Source: Lama guanicoe
Taxonomy: Eukaryota
Reading direction: 5' to 3'
Length of the DNA: 64,000 bases
Assembly: GCA_013239625.1 (NCBI GenBank)
Contig: MU053792.1
Location: 346,941-410,940 of the forward strand
Positions within the stretch are counted from its first letter, which is position 1; each line of letters opens with the position of its first letter. The translations under genes were made by a program, and so were the position numbers. The notes beneath the pieces are model-generated. The model saw only the letters and a program-made list of their open reading frames with translations. It searched no databases and was not told the DNA's origin. Below are positions 25,853 through 40,654 of this stretch, piece by piece.

Positions 25853-27959
25853 AGTGCTAAACGAAAATCTCAGTCTAGGATTACAGCAATTATCTAGCCA
25901 CACAGAAAGAAGGGAAGAAAGTGACTGCTAAAGATTCCTTTTACCTTGTGAGATAATTGGTGGAAACTGATGCCTGACGTCTGTCCTTCCCTCTACCTGT
26001 GTAGGTGATAGCAAACTAGCTAACTTAGAACGAGTGCTTGCTTTGATCAGGCATGGTGCTAATACATACCTTATGTGATTTCATCGTTAATGAATTTTAC
26101 GAAATTTGCTATTACTGTGCCATTTTATAAATGATGAAGCCTAAGCTAAGACATACATTCTGATTTTTTGATAAATATCTACTCTTAAAAAATCTCATTT
26201 TGTATTGTTTTTATCCATATATAGATGGATTACATTTTGATTTTTTTCACAACTCAAATATGAGGTTATGTGTTAAAGAGATTAAAATAAAGATTATTTT
26301 CTTACTCTGTTTGCCCATAAATCCATATTTTAAAAAGGGCTATTTTATAAGCTCTAGCAATGTACAAATGAAGGTGAACTTTGCAAAACAATATAGACAT
26401 GGTTTTGTTTTCAAAAAGCATATAATATAGTCACTTTGACACAAAAATATTCACAGCATCTGACTACCTTTAAATTCTCAGAGAAAAGTTTAAATCCTAA
26501 ATCATTTAGACAAGTTAATAACATTTCTTTAAATTGAAACATTAAATTCTGAGTGTATATAATTAACTATACATAAATAATTTCCAAATTAGTTTATAAT
26601 TTTATTGGTGTACTTGTTAATATAAATGTAGAAAAAGCACTATGCTAATAAATATAATTATACATGTAAAAATCATTTTTCTTAAGATGTAAAATTAGAC
26701 TAAACAGGCACTTGAGGAAATAATATTTTATTCTACATTTAAGAAATTTTAAAGTAGTTTACCACATAAGATAAAATATATATTTACGTAAAATGAGTGG
26801 GAAATAGTTGGTAGTTAATGTGTATATAAAAAATTTACATGAATTAATTCCCACAGCAAGAATAAAAATAGACTAATATATGAACTGAAATCCCATTACA
26901 GCTCTTGTCATAAGGAATCATTTATGAAGTTAAATAAGATTTTCATTTTAACATTGCCAGTATACTCTCCTTGAGTATACAGAATATTTTAGCCAAACTT
27001 TTATACCTTTAATGAATCTAACATACATGGAAATAGAATCAAAATAGAATCTCAATTCTAGAGATTTCAGTAAAAGTTTACTAAAAGAAATTTCTGAATT
27101 GAAATAACAAAAAATTCACTTGGAATATATAAGACATAAACTATATAATCTTGTCATTTAAAGCTGATTAGCTTTGAATACCCAGATCATGGCATTTTCT
27201 CCCTATGGAAACATAAATAAACAAATTTTGATCTATTTTATTTTGTTTTCCATGACATCTATATTATTTTTGCAAAGCACGTTAATGGAAAGCAGGCCAA
27301 TTTTTGCTGATATTTGCTCTTTTGGTAACATTTCATGATTCCAATAACTTAAAAATGTATTTCTTTGATTGTATGAGCTAGTTTCAATTATCCTGAGATA
27401 TATTTTGGAGCCAATAGATGTGAACTAAGCTTGGCATAGTGTTTAATCCTTTATATAATGCTTGGTCTACATTTGCTATTTATTCATTCAGCAAATATGG
27501 TCAATTATGCTACATTATGGAGTATATTGAAAACATAACAAAGACACATTGTCTTTGCCCTTAAAGGACACTGTATACACATAGGAGAGAGACAACATAT
27601 CCTAATGTGGTCCAAGAAATAATACACATGAAAGTAGGCTGTTCTGGAATCAATTTAATTCGTTACCTAAGTTAGACCAGGACGACAATGATGGTTTGTT
27701 GGTAAATGTGTTGACTTTTGGAAGATTAATTTTGAAAAGTTTGACATGGCCTTAACTCTTTTTTAAAAAATAGAAATCAAGAAAGTAAAACTTCCTTATC
27801 TTTCTACAGTTAAGTCTTCATAATACAAACTTACACATCATTCTCTCTAGTTACTAAGGAAAAATGCATCTCTGCCCTGATTTAGTGTCAAACTTTACAC
27901 TTAAGGTCTGGATCCCGTGCTTTATTTCCTCTGCAAAGACTTTGCTCCTTTGATTATAT

Positions 27960-30600
27960 CCTTTTTAAGTTATGAAATCTGAACTGTTCTTGAAGAACTG
28001 AGTGTTGTCTGGCCCACTCAGCCACAGAGTTAAAAATGGACAGCAGTTTTCCTCATCAAATGGAAGCAGTATATACAGGACCAGGCTCAAGCCATCCTGA
28101 AGGCACAAGTGAGCTGCACAGAGGAGTGACCTAGATGCCCATGACTGCGCTCCTAGGATTTTTGCCTTTTCTCTCCATACTTGCAATTCTAGGCTTGTGC
28201 AGAGTTTCTTAGAACCAGCTGAATAAAGAACAAACACAGGCTTGGTTTACAGATGATTCTTTATGATATACATGCACCACTGAAGAGTTGACAGCTAGAG
28301 TGCTACAGTGTTGTCTGGGACGACACTGAAGGACAATGATAGAGGGAAATCTTGTCAGTAGGCAGAACTTCAAGCAGTGCACCAGGTTGATCATTTTGCC
28401 TGGAAGTGCAGATGATCAGAAATACGTGTCTGCACCAATTCATGAGATGTGATGACTATTTTGACAGGATGGTCAAGGACTTGAAAGAAAGAAATATGGT
28501 TGGAAAATTGGTGGCAAGAAGGTCTAGTAAAGAAATCTGTGTATAGAACTCTGTGAATTGGCACAGAATGTGAAGATATTTGTGTCCCATGAGAAGGCTT
28601 ACCAAAGGTGACCATAGCAGTGGAGGATTTTAAGATTAGCACTGAACTCCAAAAATGGCACCATTCCTAAGGGTATCAGCTAGTTAACCATTTGATGGAC
28701 TGCTTCCATTATACAAATGGAGTGCTTTATTTTTACAGGAAAAAAGATCTTTACTCTGAATACATATTTGCCTTCCTAGACTGCAATGTTTCTGCTAAAA
28801 TTGTCATCCTGGAAATTATACGATGCCTTATTGTGATATTATGATTTGTAATAAGAAAAATATATTTGGTTTTTCTCCCTGTTTCTGGCACCCTTGACAT
28901 TTCCTAAGTAATGAAAGCTACAAATGTGTCTTATGCTAGTGACATGACTTTTGGATACCATCTAAGGATGGGAGCTGGTTGTCAGAGGAGTCAACTGTGT
29001 TATTGGAGATACAGAATTTTAATCCTATGCACTTGACCCCTGGGAAGAGAGAGGGGTTGGAGTTGGATCTACACCTGTGGCCAATGATTTAATTAATTGT
29101 GCTTACAAAAGAAAGCCTCCATAAAAACCCAAAAGGGCTGATTCAGAGTTTCCAGAATAACAAACATGTGGAAGTCCTGGGAGAGTGATGCACTCAGAGA
29201 GGGATACTTTTTCCCAAGCATCTCTTCCACTGGTTGTTCCTGAGTTGTATTATTTTATAGTAAACTGGTAATCTATTAAACTATTTCTCTGAGTACCATG
29301 AGCTGCTCTAGCAAATTAATCAAACCCAAAGAGGGAGTCATTGGAACCTCTGACATATAGCAGGTCAGTCAGAAGCTCAGTGATAACCTGGACTTCCAGT
29401 CGGTGTCTGAAGTGGGAGGTGGGCAATCCTGCAGCAATGAGTTCTTAGCCTGTGGAATCTAATGCTATCTCCAGGTAGATAGTGTCAGAATTCAGGCGAA
29501 TTGTTGGGAAACCCGGTGTTTTAGAATTGTTAGTGTGGAATCACCTCCCCCTCCTCTCAACATATTGGAAATTGGGATCAGAACTTTAATGTACCCACTG
29601 GCAAGCTAGTCTACAAAGCACTACTGTGGACCTAGAAATTAATTAAACAGCAAATGAAGCAAGTATACCAATAGGCACATGAATAGTGAATCCACTGATC
29701 TTACTCTGCCGCCCCCCCCCATCCTCTTAAAGCATTGGTTTCACAAAAGGGTGGCATAACCTTTTGAAGACTTACATAGGATGAAAGATAGGTGAGTCTG
29801 GGAATCAAGGGATGGAAAATTGAAGGACACCTCTTCATATCACACCTAGGGATCCACAAGCAGAAATTTTGCTTCTTGCCCCAAGATTTTACGCTCTGAT
29901 GCTCTAAAGAGCTTAGATGCAAATGAAGAAATGTTTCCAACAGGCAAAAAAAAAAAAATAACAATTCCACTGAAATGGAAGTCGAGCCTGCCGCCCACTG
30001 TGGGAATATCACGACACTGAACACACAAGACAGGCAGGAATCTGGGATACTTGATCTTATCAAATTAAAATTGAGTTGATACTGCATATTGGAATAAGGT
30101 GGGGTATGCTGGAATGTAGATCTTTTAATGTGTGCAATGTTAATCCTGTATTTTAAGATGAATGTCAATAGCAAATAAATATAATTAAGCTAAAGAAGTC
30201 TAAACAATTCAGGCAGGACAGCTAATGACCCAGAACTTTCAGTAATAAATGTTTGGGTCACATTACTAGGCAGAGAACCACAGACAACTGAGTTTCTTGC
30301 TGAGGGCGAAGGGATTATGGAATAAGTACTTGGAAAAGGTATTTATGAAACTATCTATGACCATGTGCCCAAGTTTCAGAATTAAGAACTATAATAATTA
30401 TGATTATGTAGTCTTTATTTTGATATGATTATATTTGTATATATCAAACTTTTCCATTTATTCTCCCACTTTCTTCTTATCTGATGTAAGATGTATTAAT
30501 GTATTAATCAGGATTTCAATCACAGGGTATCAAAGAGGGAATACGAATCAACTGAAAGAAGAGTTAACATCACCTAAAGATAAAAGAGGGAAGTTTTGCA
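27960..30600 (+). mobile_element. ERVL internal (pol RNase H, integrase region and downstream) remnant, split by a MER21-like LTR
   Basis: About 28360-28530 translates to AELQAVHQV...GWSRT...WKIGGK, like ERVL RNase H; ERVL-like sequence continues after 29590; many stops. Confidence 0.8.
28832..29583 (+). mobile_element. MER21-like LTR
   Basis: Starts 'tgtgatattatgatt...atatttggt'; contains 'gccaatgatttaat', 'tgagctgctctagcaaattaatcaaaccc' and 'ctccaggtagatagtgtcagaatt'. Confidence 0.85.
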
Positions 30601-31304
30601 TCCTTCTGGGGAACTAGCTAGGACGCTTTGCCTTTTCACACTGGAATTAACTAATTTTATATTCCCTGCTGTTGATAACACTATCTTTTTAGCTCTATTA
30701 TAGTACTTCTTACATTATGCTTTAGAATTTCTTATGCATCTATCTGTTTCCTCAATACTTTTCATGTCCTGGAATTGCAGGAACACTGTCTTATTTATCC
30801 TTGTTCCCCTCACAATGCCTGGCATAATTCCATATAGAGTAGGTGCTCAATTAAAATTTATTGTATTGAAATATTTAACATTTAAAATGTCAACATCTGT
30901 ATACATCATTAACTTAAATTACTTAATTAGCAGCTTTTGTATTCCAGAAAAAAATTTTTTGAGTGTTTTGTCCAGTATGTTGTCAACCATTATTAACTGG
31001 GATCAAATTCTAGAATGTGAACATTAAGATAAATATAAAATTTTTATATCATCATAAAATTAATTTATGACCATATGTTTAGATGTTTAGCTTTGTTGAT
31101 ATTTTAAAATAACTTTTCTGTTTTCCTGACAGAAATAGAATTGAAGGTACTAAACTCAAATAATTATTTTCATTGATTAATAGCACTAGATAGTAAATCC
31201 TCAAAAGATAGAGTTACTGACCTTTGAAAAATACTTTTGAAATATGATTAGTAAGTTAAAGATGCACTATAAAGGTAACTGTTCTAAGTAACAGGGGCAG
31301 CTTA

Positions 31305-32990
31305 ATAACTGTAAGATATTGATGTAGTTCCTTGTGCTATACAGTATAAATTTGTTGTTTTACTATTTTATATATAGTAGTTAGCATTTGCAAATATCAA
31401 GCTCCCAATTTATCCCTCCACACTCCTTTTTCCCCTGGAAGCCATAAGTTTGTCCTCTATATTTGTGAGTCTGCTTTTGTTCTGTAATAAGTTCTTTTTT
31501 TTTTTTTTAAGATTCTACATATAAGTGTTACCATATGGTATTTTTCTTTCTCTTTCTGGCTTACTTCACTTAGAATAATGATCTCCAGGTCAATCCATAT
31601 TGCTGCAAATGGAATTATTTCATTCTTTTTATGGCTGAGTAATATTCCATTGTATATATACCACAACTTCTTCATCCAGTCACCTGTCAATGGACATTTA
31701 GTTTCCTTCCATGTCTTGGCTATTGTATGTAGTGCTGTTATGAATATTGGGTTGCATATATCTTTTCAAATTACAGTTTCCTCTGGATACATGCTCAGGA
31801 ATGAGATTGCTGGATCATATGGTAAGTCTATTTTTAGTTTTTAAAAAGGTGCATCCTGTCCTCCATAGTGACAGCACCAATTTACATTCCTACCAATGGG
31901 GTAGGAGGGTCTCCTTTTTTTCATGCCCTTTCAAGCTTTTTATTTGTAGACTTTTTAATGATCATTCTGACTGGTGTGAGATGATACTTCATTGTAGTTT
32001 TGATTTTCATTTCTCTAGTAATTAGCAGTATTGAGCATCTATTCATGTTCTTTTTGGTCACCCGGATATCTTCTTTGGAGAAAAGTCTATTTAGGTTTTC
32101 TGCCTATTGTTTGATTAGGTTGCTTTTTTTGTTTGTTTGTTTGTTTTGTTTTTTGATATGAAGCTGTATGAGTTGTTTGTTATTGAAGAGACTGTCTTTT
32201 TTCCATTGTATATTCTTGCCTCCTTTGTCATAGATTAATTGACCATAAGTGTATGGGTTTATTTCTGGACTTTCTATTCAGTTCCTTTGATTCATTCATC
32301 TGTTTTTGTGCCAGTATCATAGTGTTTTGATTATTGTAGCTTTGTAGTATAGTCTGAAATCAGAGGCTGTGGTTTTCCCAGCTCTATTCTTCTTTCTCAA
32401 GATTGTTTTGACTGTTAGGGGTCTTTTTTGTTTCTATACAAATTTTAACTTTTTTCATTCCAGTTCTGTGAAAAATGTCATTGATAATTCAATATGGATT
32501 GCATTGAAACTGTATATTGCCTTGGGATTTCAACACTATTGATTCTTCCCATCCAAGAACACAATGTATCTTTCCATCCACTTGTGTCATCTTCAATCTA
32601 TTTCATCAGTGTCTTAGAGTTTTTGGAGTATAGGTCCTTTTCTTCCTTAGGTAGGTTAAATCCTAGGTATTTTATTCTTTTTTGATGTAATGGTAAATGA
32701 GATTGTTTCCTTAATTCCTTTTTCTGATTTTTTGTTAAGTGTATAGAAATGCGATTGATTTCTGTATATTAATTTTGTATACTGCAACTTTATCAAATTC
32801 ATTGCTGACCTAATAGCTTTCTAGAAGCCTCTTTAGGATTTTCTATGTATAATATCTGTCTTTTGCAAATAATGACAGTTTTACTTCTTCTTTTCCAATT
32901 TGGATTCCTTTTCTTTCTTCTTCTCTGATTGTTATGGTGAGATTGGGCATCCTTGTCTTGCTCCTGATTTTAATGAAAATGCTTTCAACT
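31305..32990 (-). mobile_element. LINE-1 3'UTR and ORF2 C-terminal portion with an internal deletion near 32175
   Basis: ORF 31457..31690 (WMKKLWYI...KKNEIIPFAAIWIDLEIIILSEVSQKEK) is the L1 ORF2 C-terminus. Confidence 0.95.
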
Positions 32991-33017
32991 CATTACATTA
33001 AAAAAATAAAACCTAAG

Positions 33018-33542
33018 TGTATTAGTTTCCTATGGCTGCTGTAATAAATTACCACAAAATTAGTGGCTTAAAGCAGCATGAATTTATTTTCCCACAGTTC
33101 TGTAGTTTAGAAGTCCAAAATGACTCTCACTAAGCTAAAATCAAGGTGCTGGCAAGACTACATTCTTTCCTGGAGGCTCTAAGGTTGAATCCATTTCCTC
33201 ACCCTTTCTAGGATTTAAAGATTACCAACTTCTCTCGGCTTGTGGTCCTTTTCCTGTTTTCAAAGCCAGAAACTCCAGGTTGAAGTCTCACAGTCCATCA
33301 CTCGAACATCTTATTCTGCTTCCCTCTTATACATTTAAGGGAACTTGTATTTATGTTAGGCTCATCCAGAGAATCCAGAAGAATTCCTACACTTTAAGGT
33401 CAGATGATTAGCAGTCTTGATTCCTTCTTCAGTCTAAATTAATATAATATAATATAATATAATATAATATAATATAATATATACACAGGTTCAAGGAGTT
33501 AGAGTGTATACTTATTTAAGGGCGATTATTCTGCCTACCACA
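33018..33542 (-). mobile_element. MLT1-type MaLR LTR with near-perfect 5-bp TSD, inserted in an old L1 3' end
   Basis: 'tgtattagtttcctatggctgctgtaataaattaccacaaa...attctgcctaccaca'; flanks ctaag/ctagg. Confidence 0.9.
33440..33482. repeat. (AATAT)n pentanucleotide microsatellite
   Basis: About 8 perfect units inside the MLT1 LTR. Confidence 0.95.
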
Positions 33543-33735
33543 CTAGGAAATCTGAATAAAGTATGGACTTTAGTTAATAACGATGTACCAATATTGATTT
33601 ATTAATTGTGGTAAATGTATCATTAAAAAGACGTGATGTTCATAATAGAGGAAGCTAGGTGTGCATCAGTTAAGTATCCTCTTCACATTTCACATATTTT
33701 CTGTAAACCTAAATTATTCTAAAATAAAATGTTGA
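33543..33735 (+). mobile_element. Old L1M 3' end
   Basis: 'aataaagtatggactttagttaataa...ttctgtaaacctaaattattctaaaataaaa'. Confidence 0.75.
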
Positions 33736-34009
33736 CTTTTTAAAAAGTAGGATACTAAAAAGATAAAATTTATTAGTTTTAGTTTTAGTTTTTATTTTAC
33801 CAAATTAGGTGAGTTTGTTTGTTTCACTTGTATTGTCAAAACAAAATTTAAGAAAGGTGTTTACAAATCAGGATTATTAAAAGAGTTACCAATATGTTGA
33901 AAATGTAGAAATCGCACCATATATGGACCATCTGAAGTAATTAGTGCAATTGGAATTGTTTAGCTTGAACAATTCTATTTCCAAATTGAAAGGCTATCTT
34001 TTTTACAGT

Positions 34010-36388
34010 TTTTTTTTCTAGTTCTGTAGGAAATGCCATTGGTATTTTAATTGGGATTGCACTGAATCTGCAGATTGCCTTGGGTAATATCCTTATTTTA
34101 ACAATATAAAATCTTCCAAACCATAAACATGGTATATCTTTCCATCAGTTTGCATCATCTTCAATTTCTTTCCTGAGTGTCTTATAGTTTTCTGATTACA
34201 GAGCTTTTACATCCTTAGATAGGTTTATTCCTCGGTATTTTATTTTATTTTTTGATATTATGGTAAATAGGGTTGTTTCCCATTTCACTTTCTGAGAGTT
34301 TATTGTTAGTGTATAGAAATGCAGCAGACTTCTCTGTGTTAATTTTTATATCCTGCAACTTTATCAAATTCATTGATGAGCTTTGTAGTTTTCTGACGGT
34401 GTCTCTAGGATTTTCTGTTTATAGTATCTTGTCATCTGTGACAGGTGACAGCAGTTTTAGTTGTTCCTTTCCAATTTAGATACTTTTTATTTTTTTCATG
34501 TCTGCTTGCTGTGGCTAGGCTTTCCAATAATATGTTGAATAGAAATGGTGCAGGTGGGCCTCCTTGTCTTGTTTCTGATCTTAAAAGAAATGCTATCCAC
34601 TTTTTACCATCGAGTATGATGTCAGCTATAGGTTTGTCATATGTGGCCTTTATTACGTTGAGGTATGTTCCCTCTATGCTCACCTTCTGGAGAGTTTTTA
34701 CCATAAATGGAAGTTGGATTTTGTCAAAAGTGTTTTTTTCCTGTATATATCTAAGTAATCATATGTTTTCACTCTTCAGTTTGTTAATGTGGTGAATACA
34801 TGATTTGCAGATGTTGAAAAATCCTTGAGTCCCTGAGATAAATCCCAGTTGATTATGGTGTATAATCCTTTTAATGTTTTACTGGACTTGGTTTTCTAAT
34901 GTTTTGTTAAGGATTTTTACCTCTATATTCATTAGGAGAATTGGCCTGTAATTTTCTTTTTGTGTGATATTTTTGTTTTTGATATTAGGGTGGTGCTGGA
35001 CTCATAGATGAGTTCAGAAGTGTTCCTGTCTCTACAATTTTTTGGAATGGTTTGAGAAGGATATGTGTTAACTCATCTTTAAATGATTAGTAGAATTCAC
35101 CTGTGAAGCCATTCACCTGAACTTTGCTGAAAGTTTTTTTTTATAACTGTTTCATTTTCAGTACTGATAATTGGTCTGTTCATATTTTATATTTCTTTCT
35201 GGTTCAGTCTTGGGAGATTGTATCTTTCTAAGAATTTGTCCATTTCTTCTAAGTTTTCCATTTTATTGTCATATTTGTTTTTAGTAGTCACTTATAATTT
35301 TTGTATTTCTGTGGTGTTGTTTGTAACTTCTTTTTCATTTCGAATTTATTTATATGGGCCCTCTTTCTTTTTTCCTTGATGAGTTTGGCTAAAGGTTTAT
35401 CAATTTTATTTCTATTATAAGAAGATATATATCAATAATTACTTTAAATGAAAATGGACTAAATGTGCCAATCAAAAGGCTTATGTGGCTGAATGAATTA
35501 AAAAAAACTGTATATACTGCCTATAAGAGACTCACTTCAGAACAAAAGATATACACAGACTGAAAGTTAGGGGATGGAAAAAATTGTCCATGCAAATTGA
35601 AATCAAAAGAAAGCTGAGGTAACAATACATACATCAGACAAAATATAGTTTAAAATAAAGACTGTTATAAGAGACAAAGAAGGACAGTACATAATAATCA
35701 AGGGATCAATCCAAGAAACTGTATTAATTGTAAATATATACATACCCAATATAGCAGCACCTCAACATATGTCAAATATTAACAGACACAAAAGAAGATA
35801 TCAATGGTAATACAGTTGTAGAACAGAACTTTAACATCGTATTTACATCAATGGATGCATCACTCAGAAAGAAAATCAGTGAAGAAACACTGACTTAAAT
35901 GACACATTAGATCATATTATGGCCACAAAACAAGCCTCCAGAAATTTAAGAAAATTGAAATCATATCAAGAATCTATTCTGACCACAACACAATGAGACT
36001 AGGAATCAACTACAAGAAATTAACTGCAAAAATTACAAATACTTGGAGGCTAAACAATAATAATAAACAACAAGTGAGTCATGAAGTATTAAAGAAGAAA
36101 TAAAAAAAAACCTGGAAAAAATGAAAATAAAAATATGGCAATCCAAAATCTGAGTCAACGCAAAATTAATTCTAAGAAGAAAATTTGTAAGGATACAAGT
36201 TTACCTCTGGAAACAAGAAAAATATCAAACAAATGATCTAGCCTTACATCTAAAGCAATTACAAAAAGAAGAGCAAACAAAACCCAAAGTTAGTAGAAGA
36301 AAGGAAATAAGATCAGAGCACAAATAAATGAAATAGACACTTTAAAAAATCAGTAGAAAAGATCAATGAACCTAAGTAACAGCTTCTA
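34010..36388 (-). mobile_element. LINE-1 with 5' inversion: ORF2 RT part on minus (34010-35413) joined to ORF2 endonuclease part on plus (35420-36388)
   Basis: ORF 34432..34704 is RT; the plus segment parallels window positions ~90-1145 and the minus segment begins at the sequence that follows it there. Confidence 0.9.
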
Positions 36389-37589
36389 AAGGCCCTACTA
36401 GAATTTATCTGCCATCTAGTCCAGAATTTCACTTTAAGAAGTACCATTGTCAGCATCTCTGAGAGATACTCATCGCTGCTTAAAATCTTCCAATGTGGGG
36501 GAAACTGTTGTTTCATGAGCCAGCTTATTTTATTATTTTGATATTTTCCACTCTCAATTCATTCTCTGGTTTATATTTTATTTTGGAATTAAAAGCCCAG
36601 TACAGGATTTGAACTTTCCTTAAGCAATATAGTGGAGGTTGGATATTAAAGTTTCATAAGAGAAGTAATATCTCTGAATGTGATTGAGAATACCACATTA
36701 CAAACTTTTCAAATCTTGATTAATTCACAGGAAAAATAACAACAAAGTAAGAAACAGTCCTCTGTTTTAAATTTCACAATAGGCAAGGAAATTGTAGCTA
36801 ATTACCATAGAACAAGAACGGCATTTGCTGCCTTCCACTACCACATAGTGTTTTATTGTAACAGACAATTATCTTGCTGATGGCAGTTTCCTCAAGGAAT
36901 AATGTACCTGCCTCAGTTCCTTTCTAGCATCCCATTCACTTTAGATGGAAACTATCACAATGGTTCACAGACTTTGATGTATGCCGTGCCATAAGCTGGG
37001 ACAATATTTGCTTGTATAATCCCATGCCTGTTGGGGAAGAATTCTCAGACAGAAAATATTCATCAAGCATTCTTATGCACATAGTTAATGAGTCTTTTGT
37101 TAATGGAGAATTAGAAAGAGTGATCAAGCTTGGACTTGTTGTTGACACATATCATCAAATAATTGAATAGAAATGATTAGACAGCTGTTGGATGACCTGT
37201 GGGGAATTAATTGAAACATTTATTTTACTTGATATAATTTCTTGCATCTTCTCTTGAAAACAATAGCAGTGCTTTTGATTATTCCTCTTTGAATTTATAG
37301 TGCATGTTCATGTACTTTTTAGTGGAGAAAGCATCTTTTCTAACTACGGAGGAAATCAAATCTGCCTTTATTTTCCCCTAAACTATTAAACAGAGGGAAA
37401 AAAGTCAATTTTCACTTTTTCTCCCTCAATATTCTCCTTTCCTCCTCTCCAGATTTTTGCTAAAAGGCCAGAAAACTACATGTTTTGGTACACAAATCAT
37501 TATTTTATATGTTGGAAGATACAGGGGTTACAAAGAGCAATGAGAATTTATTCATAAAATAGATTTGTCTGAAGTGCTTATAATGCTTG

Positions 37590-40500
37590 CCTCCACTTTA
37601 CACATAACATAGTCCAGAAAGAAGTGGGGATTGTTTGAAAGCACACCAAGCTAAACTAACAAGTTACAGATGCCTAGGGCAAAGGATTATAATTGAAATA
37701 TACAATAGAACCCTTGAGAGCAGAAGCAAATGCTGAGTTGCATTTCTTTGAGAAATCAGAGCTTTTGAAAGCACCCATATATATTAGGGAATTTAGATGG
37801 ATGTGTGCATGCCCAGGGTAAGAGGGATGCTAATAGCCAACCTGTGGCAGCCTTTATCTTTATATTACACTGATTCTTAGACTAGGTGCATGTCCAGCTA
37901 AGCTTTGAATGTATGTCCTGATATTGAGACAATCAGCATAGACTGGCAGAACTGTTTGTTTCTATATTTGTATCTTAGTTTTTAGTCTTTGGCATTTTAG
38001 GAAATCTCTGTGAAAACACTAGCTGAACAGAAACTAGGCAACAGAGACTTCAGTAACTACACAAAAGAAAAAAATAGTATCTTTGAAAAAAAGTTTTTAA
38101 ATACTAAACAAATGGACAACTATAGACATCAATAATTAGGAAAAAAAGTAAATCCTGGAGAAGAGAAAGAATATGATTTCTATATTTACCACAATATAGT
38201 ATTCAAATCTCCAGTGTTCAACAACAACAAAAAATCCAAAACTTACAAAGAAACAATAAAGAATAACCCTTTCAAGAGAATAATAGTATTATTATAAACC
38301 ATCCCTCATGAAGGCAGACTTACCAAAAACTTAAATAATAGTCTTAAATATAGTCAAAAAGCTAAAGAAAAACATAAAAAAACTAAAAGAAATGAATGAT
38401 GAAAAATGAGAATATCCAAAATGAAATAATTTTCTAAAAGGTCAAATGAAAATACTGGAACTGAAATAACACCTATTAAGAAATTCACTGGAAGGTGGGG
38501 AGACACAACAATTTGGGCAGAAAGAAGGAAGAGTCAGCAAACTTGAAGATAGGACAATTGAATTTATTAAATCTGAAGAGCAAGGGAAAAAAACAAAAGA
38601 TTGAAGAAGAGTAAGAAGAACATAGCAAACCTGTAGGACACATTAAGTGGAGAAACACACATTTTTATGGTAGTCCTAGAAGGAAAAGAGAAAAGAGGGG
38701 GGAGAATATTTGAAGAAATAATAGCTGAATATATTTCAAATTGATTTAGGACAGAATCTACAAATCTAAAAAGCTCAACAAACTCCAAGTAGGACAAACT
38801 CATATAGACCTTATCCAAGACAGATTACAATCAAATTGTTATAAGTCAATGACAAAGATAAAATCTTGAAAGAAGCAACAGAGACACAAATTATCAAGTA
38901 TGAAGGATCCACAATATGATTAATAGCTAATATCTACTTAGAATCCTTGGATGCCAGGAGACAGGAGGATGACATACTTCAAGTGCTGAAACAACAAAAA
39001 AACCGATTACGAATTTTCTATCAAGAAAACAAGACCTTGAAAAATGAGGGAGAACTTAAGACATGCCCAGATAAACAAAGGCTGATGGAATTTATTACTC
39101 CTAGACCTGCCCTACAAGAAGTGCTAAAGGGAATCCTTTAAGGTAAATTAAGAGAACAATTGTAATTCAAAGCTGTATTAATAAGTAAAGATATATAATA
39201 ATGATAAATATCAGGCTGAATAGAAAACACAATATAATTATATTTTGGCTTGTAATTTCACTTTTTAAATTTCCTACAGGATTTAAAAGATGAATTCATT
39301 AAAAGAATTATAAATATATGTTATTGGGCACACAATATAAAAAGATTAATTTGTTATAACAACATAAGGCAAGGGGAGATGGAGATGTGAGGGAGCAGAG
39401 TTTTTGTATGATGTTGAAGTTAAGTTGGTAACAGTCTGAACCATAATTTTAGGGTGTTTAGTATAATCCTAATGATAAGCACAAAAAGATGTCTAAAAAT
39501 ACAGAAAAAGAATAAGAGAAGGAAATAAAAACATGTCACTATAAAAAAATAACAAAACAAAAGGAATGTAGTAATAAAGAAATGAGGGACAAAAAGTTAT
39601 TAGGCATATAAAAATAAATAGGAAAATGACAGAAGTAAATCATCCTTTTTCTATAACATTTTAAATATAAATGAATTAAAAATTCCAATAAAAGCCATAG
39701 ATTGGCAGAATGCATAAAACAACAACAAAAACACAACAGCGTACTGCAACTATATACTTCCTACAAGAAGCTCACTTAGATCTAAGTACTCAAATGGATT
39801 AAAAGTGAAAGGGCAGGGGAAAAAAAATCCATGCATATCATAACCAAAAGAGAGCTGGGGTAGGAATGTTAATAAAAGACAAAATAGACCTTCAGTCAAA
39901 ATGTGTTATAAAGGACAAGAAAGGATATCACACATTGATAAAAAGCTGCAAATTATCACACAATGTGGCAATTATAAATACATATACCCCAAATAACAGA
40001 GCCCCAAAATATATGAAGTAATATAATAGATTTAAGGAAGAAATAGCTCCACAATAGTAGTTGGGACTTTGATGCATCATTGTCCATAATGGACAGAACA
40101 TCTAGACAGAAGATCAACAAAGAGACTTGAAAAACACTATAAACCAATTAGATACGTAGACATAAGTAGAACTAATAAACATACATAGAACAGGTCACCC
40201 ACAACAGCATAAATTGTATTCTTTTCAAAGCACAGGGAACATTCTCCAAGATAAACCATATGGTAGCCTATAAAACAAATTTCAATACATTTTTGAAAGA
40301 TGGAAATCATACAAAATAGCTTCTCTGACAACAATGGAATGCAGGTAGAAGTCAATAATAGAAGGAAATCTGAAAAACTCACAACTACATGAAAATTAAG
40401 ACACACTTTTAAGCATCCCATGAGTCAAAGATATCGCATGAAAATTAGAAAAGAGAGGTTAATTAAAACAAAAACATCACACACCGAATGTGACAAGATT

Positions 40501-40640
40501 TAGCAAAGGCAGTGCTCAGGGGGAAAATTATAGCTATATTATAAATTCCATATTAAAGAAGAAATATCTCAAATCAAAAACAAACTAAAGTCAAAGCTAG
40601 CAGCAGGGAGAAACAATTATTAGAGCAGAGAAAAATAAAA
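37590..40640 (+). mobile_element. Older L1: 5' region, ORF1 and ORF2 endonuclease, degraded
   Basis: ORF 38947..39141 (ARRQEDDILQVLK...KNEGELKTCPDKQRLMEFITPRPALQEVLKGIL) is the ORF1p C-terminus; endonuclease-type sequence from ~39640. Confidence 0.92.
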
Positions 40641-40654
40641 TAAAGAACAGAAAA

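Noticed and set aside
29701..30174. 157-aa minus-strand ORF
   Set aside because: Antisense to the decayed ERVL internal region
36905..37200. Exon-like minus-strand segment and 70-aa ORF
   Set aside because: The AG/GT-bounded part has stops in all frames and no recognisable product
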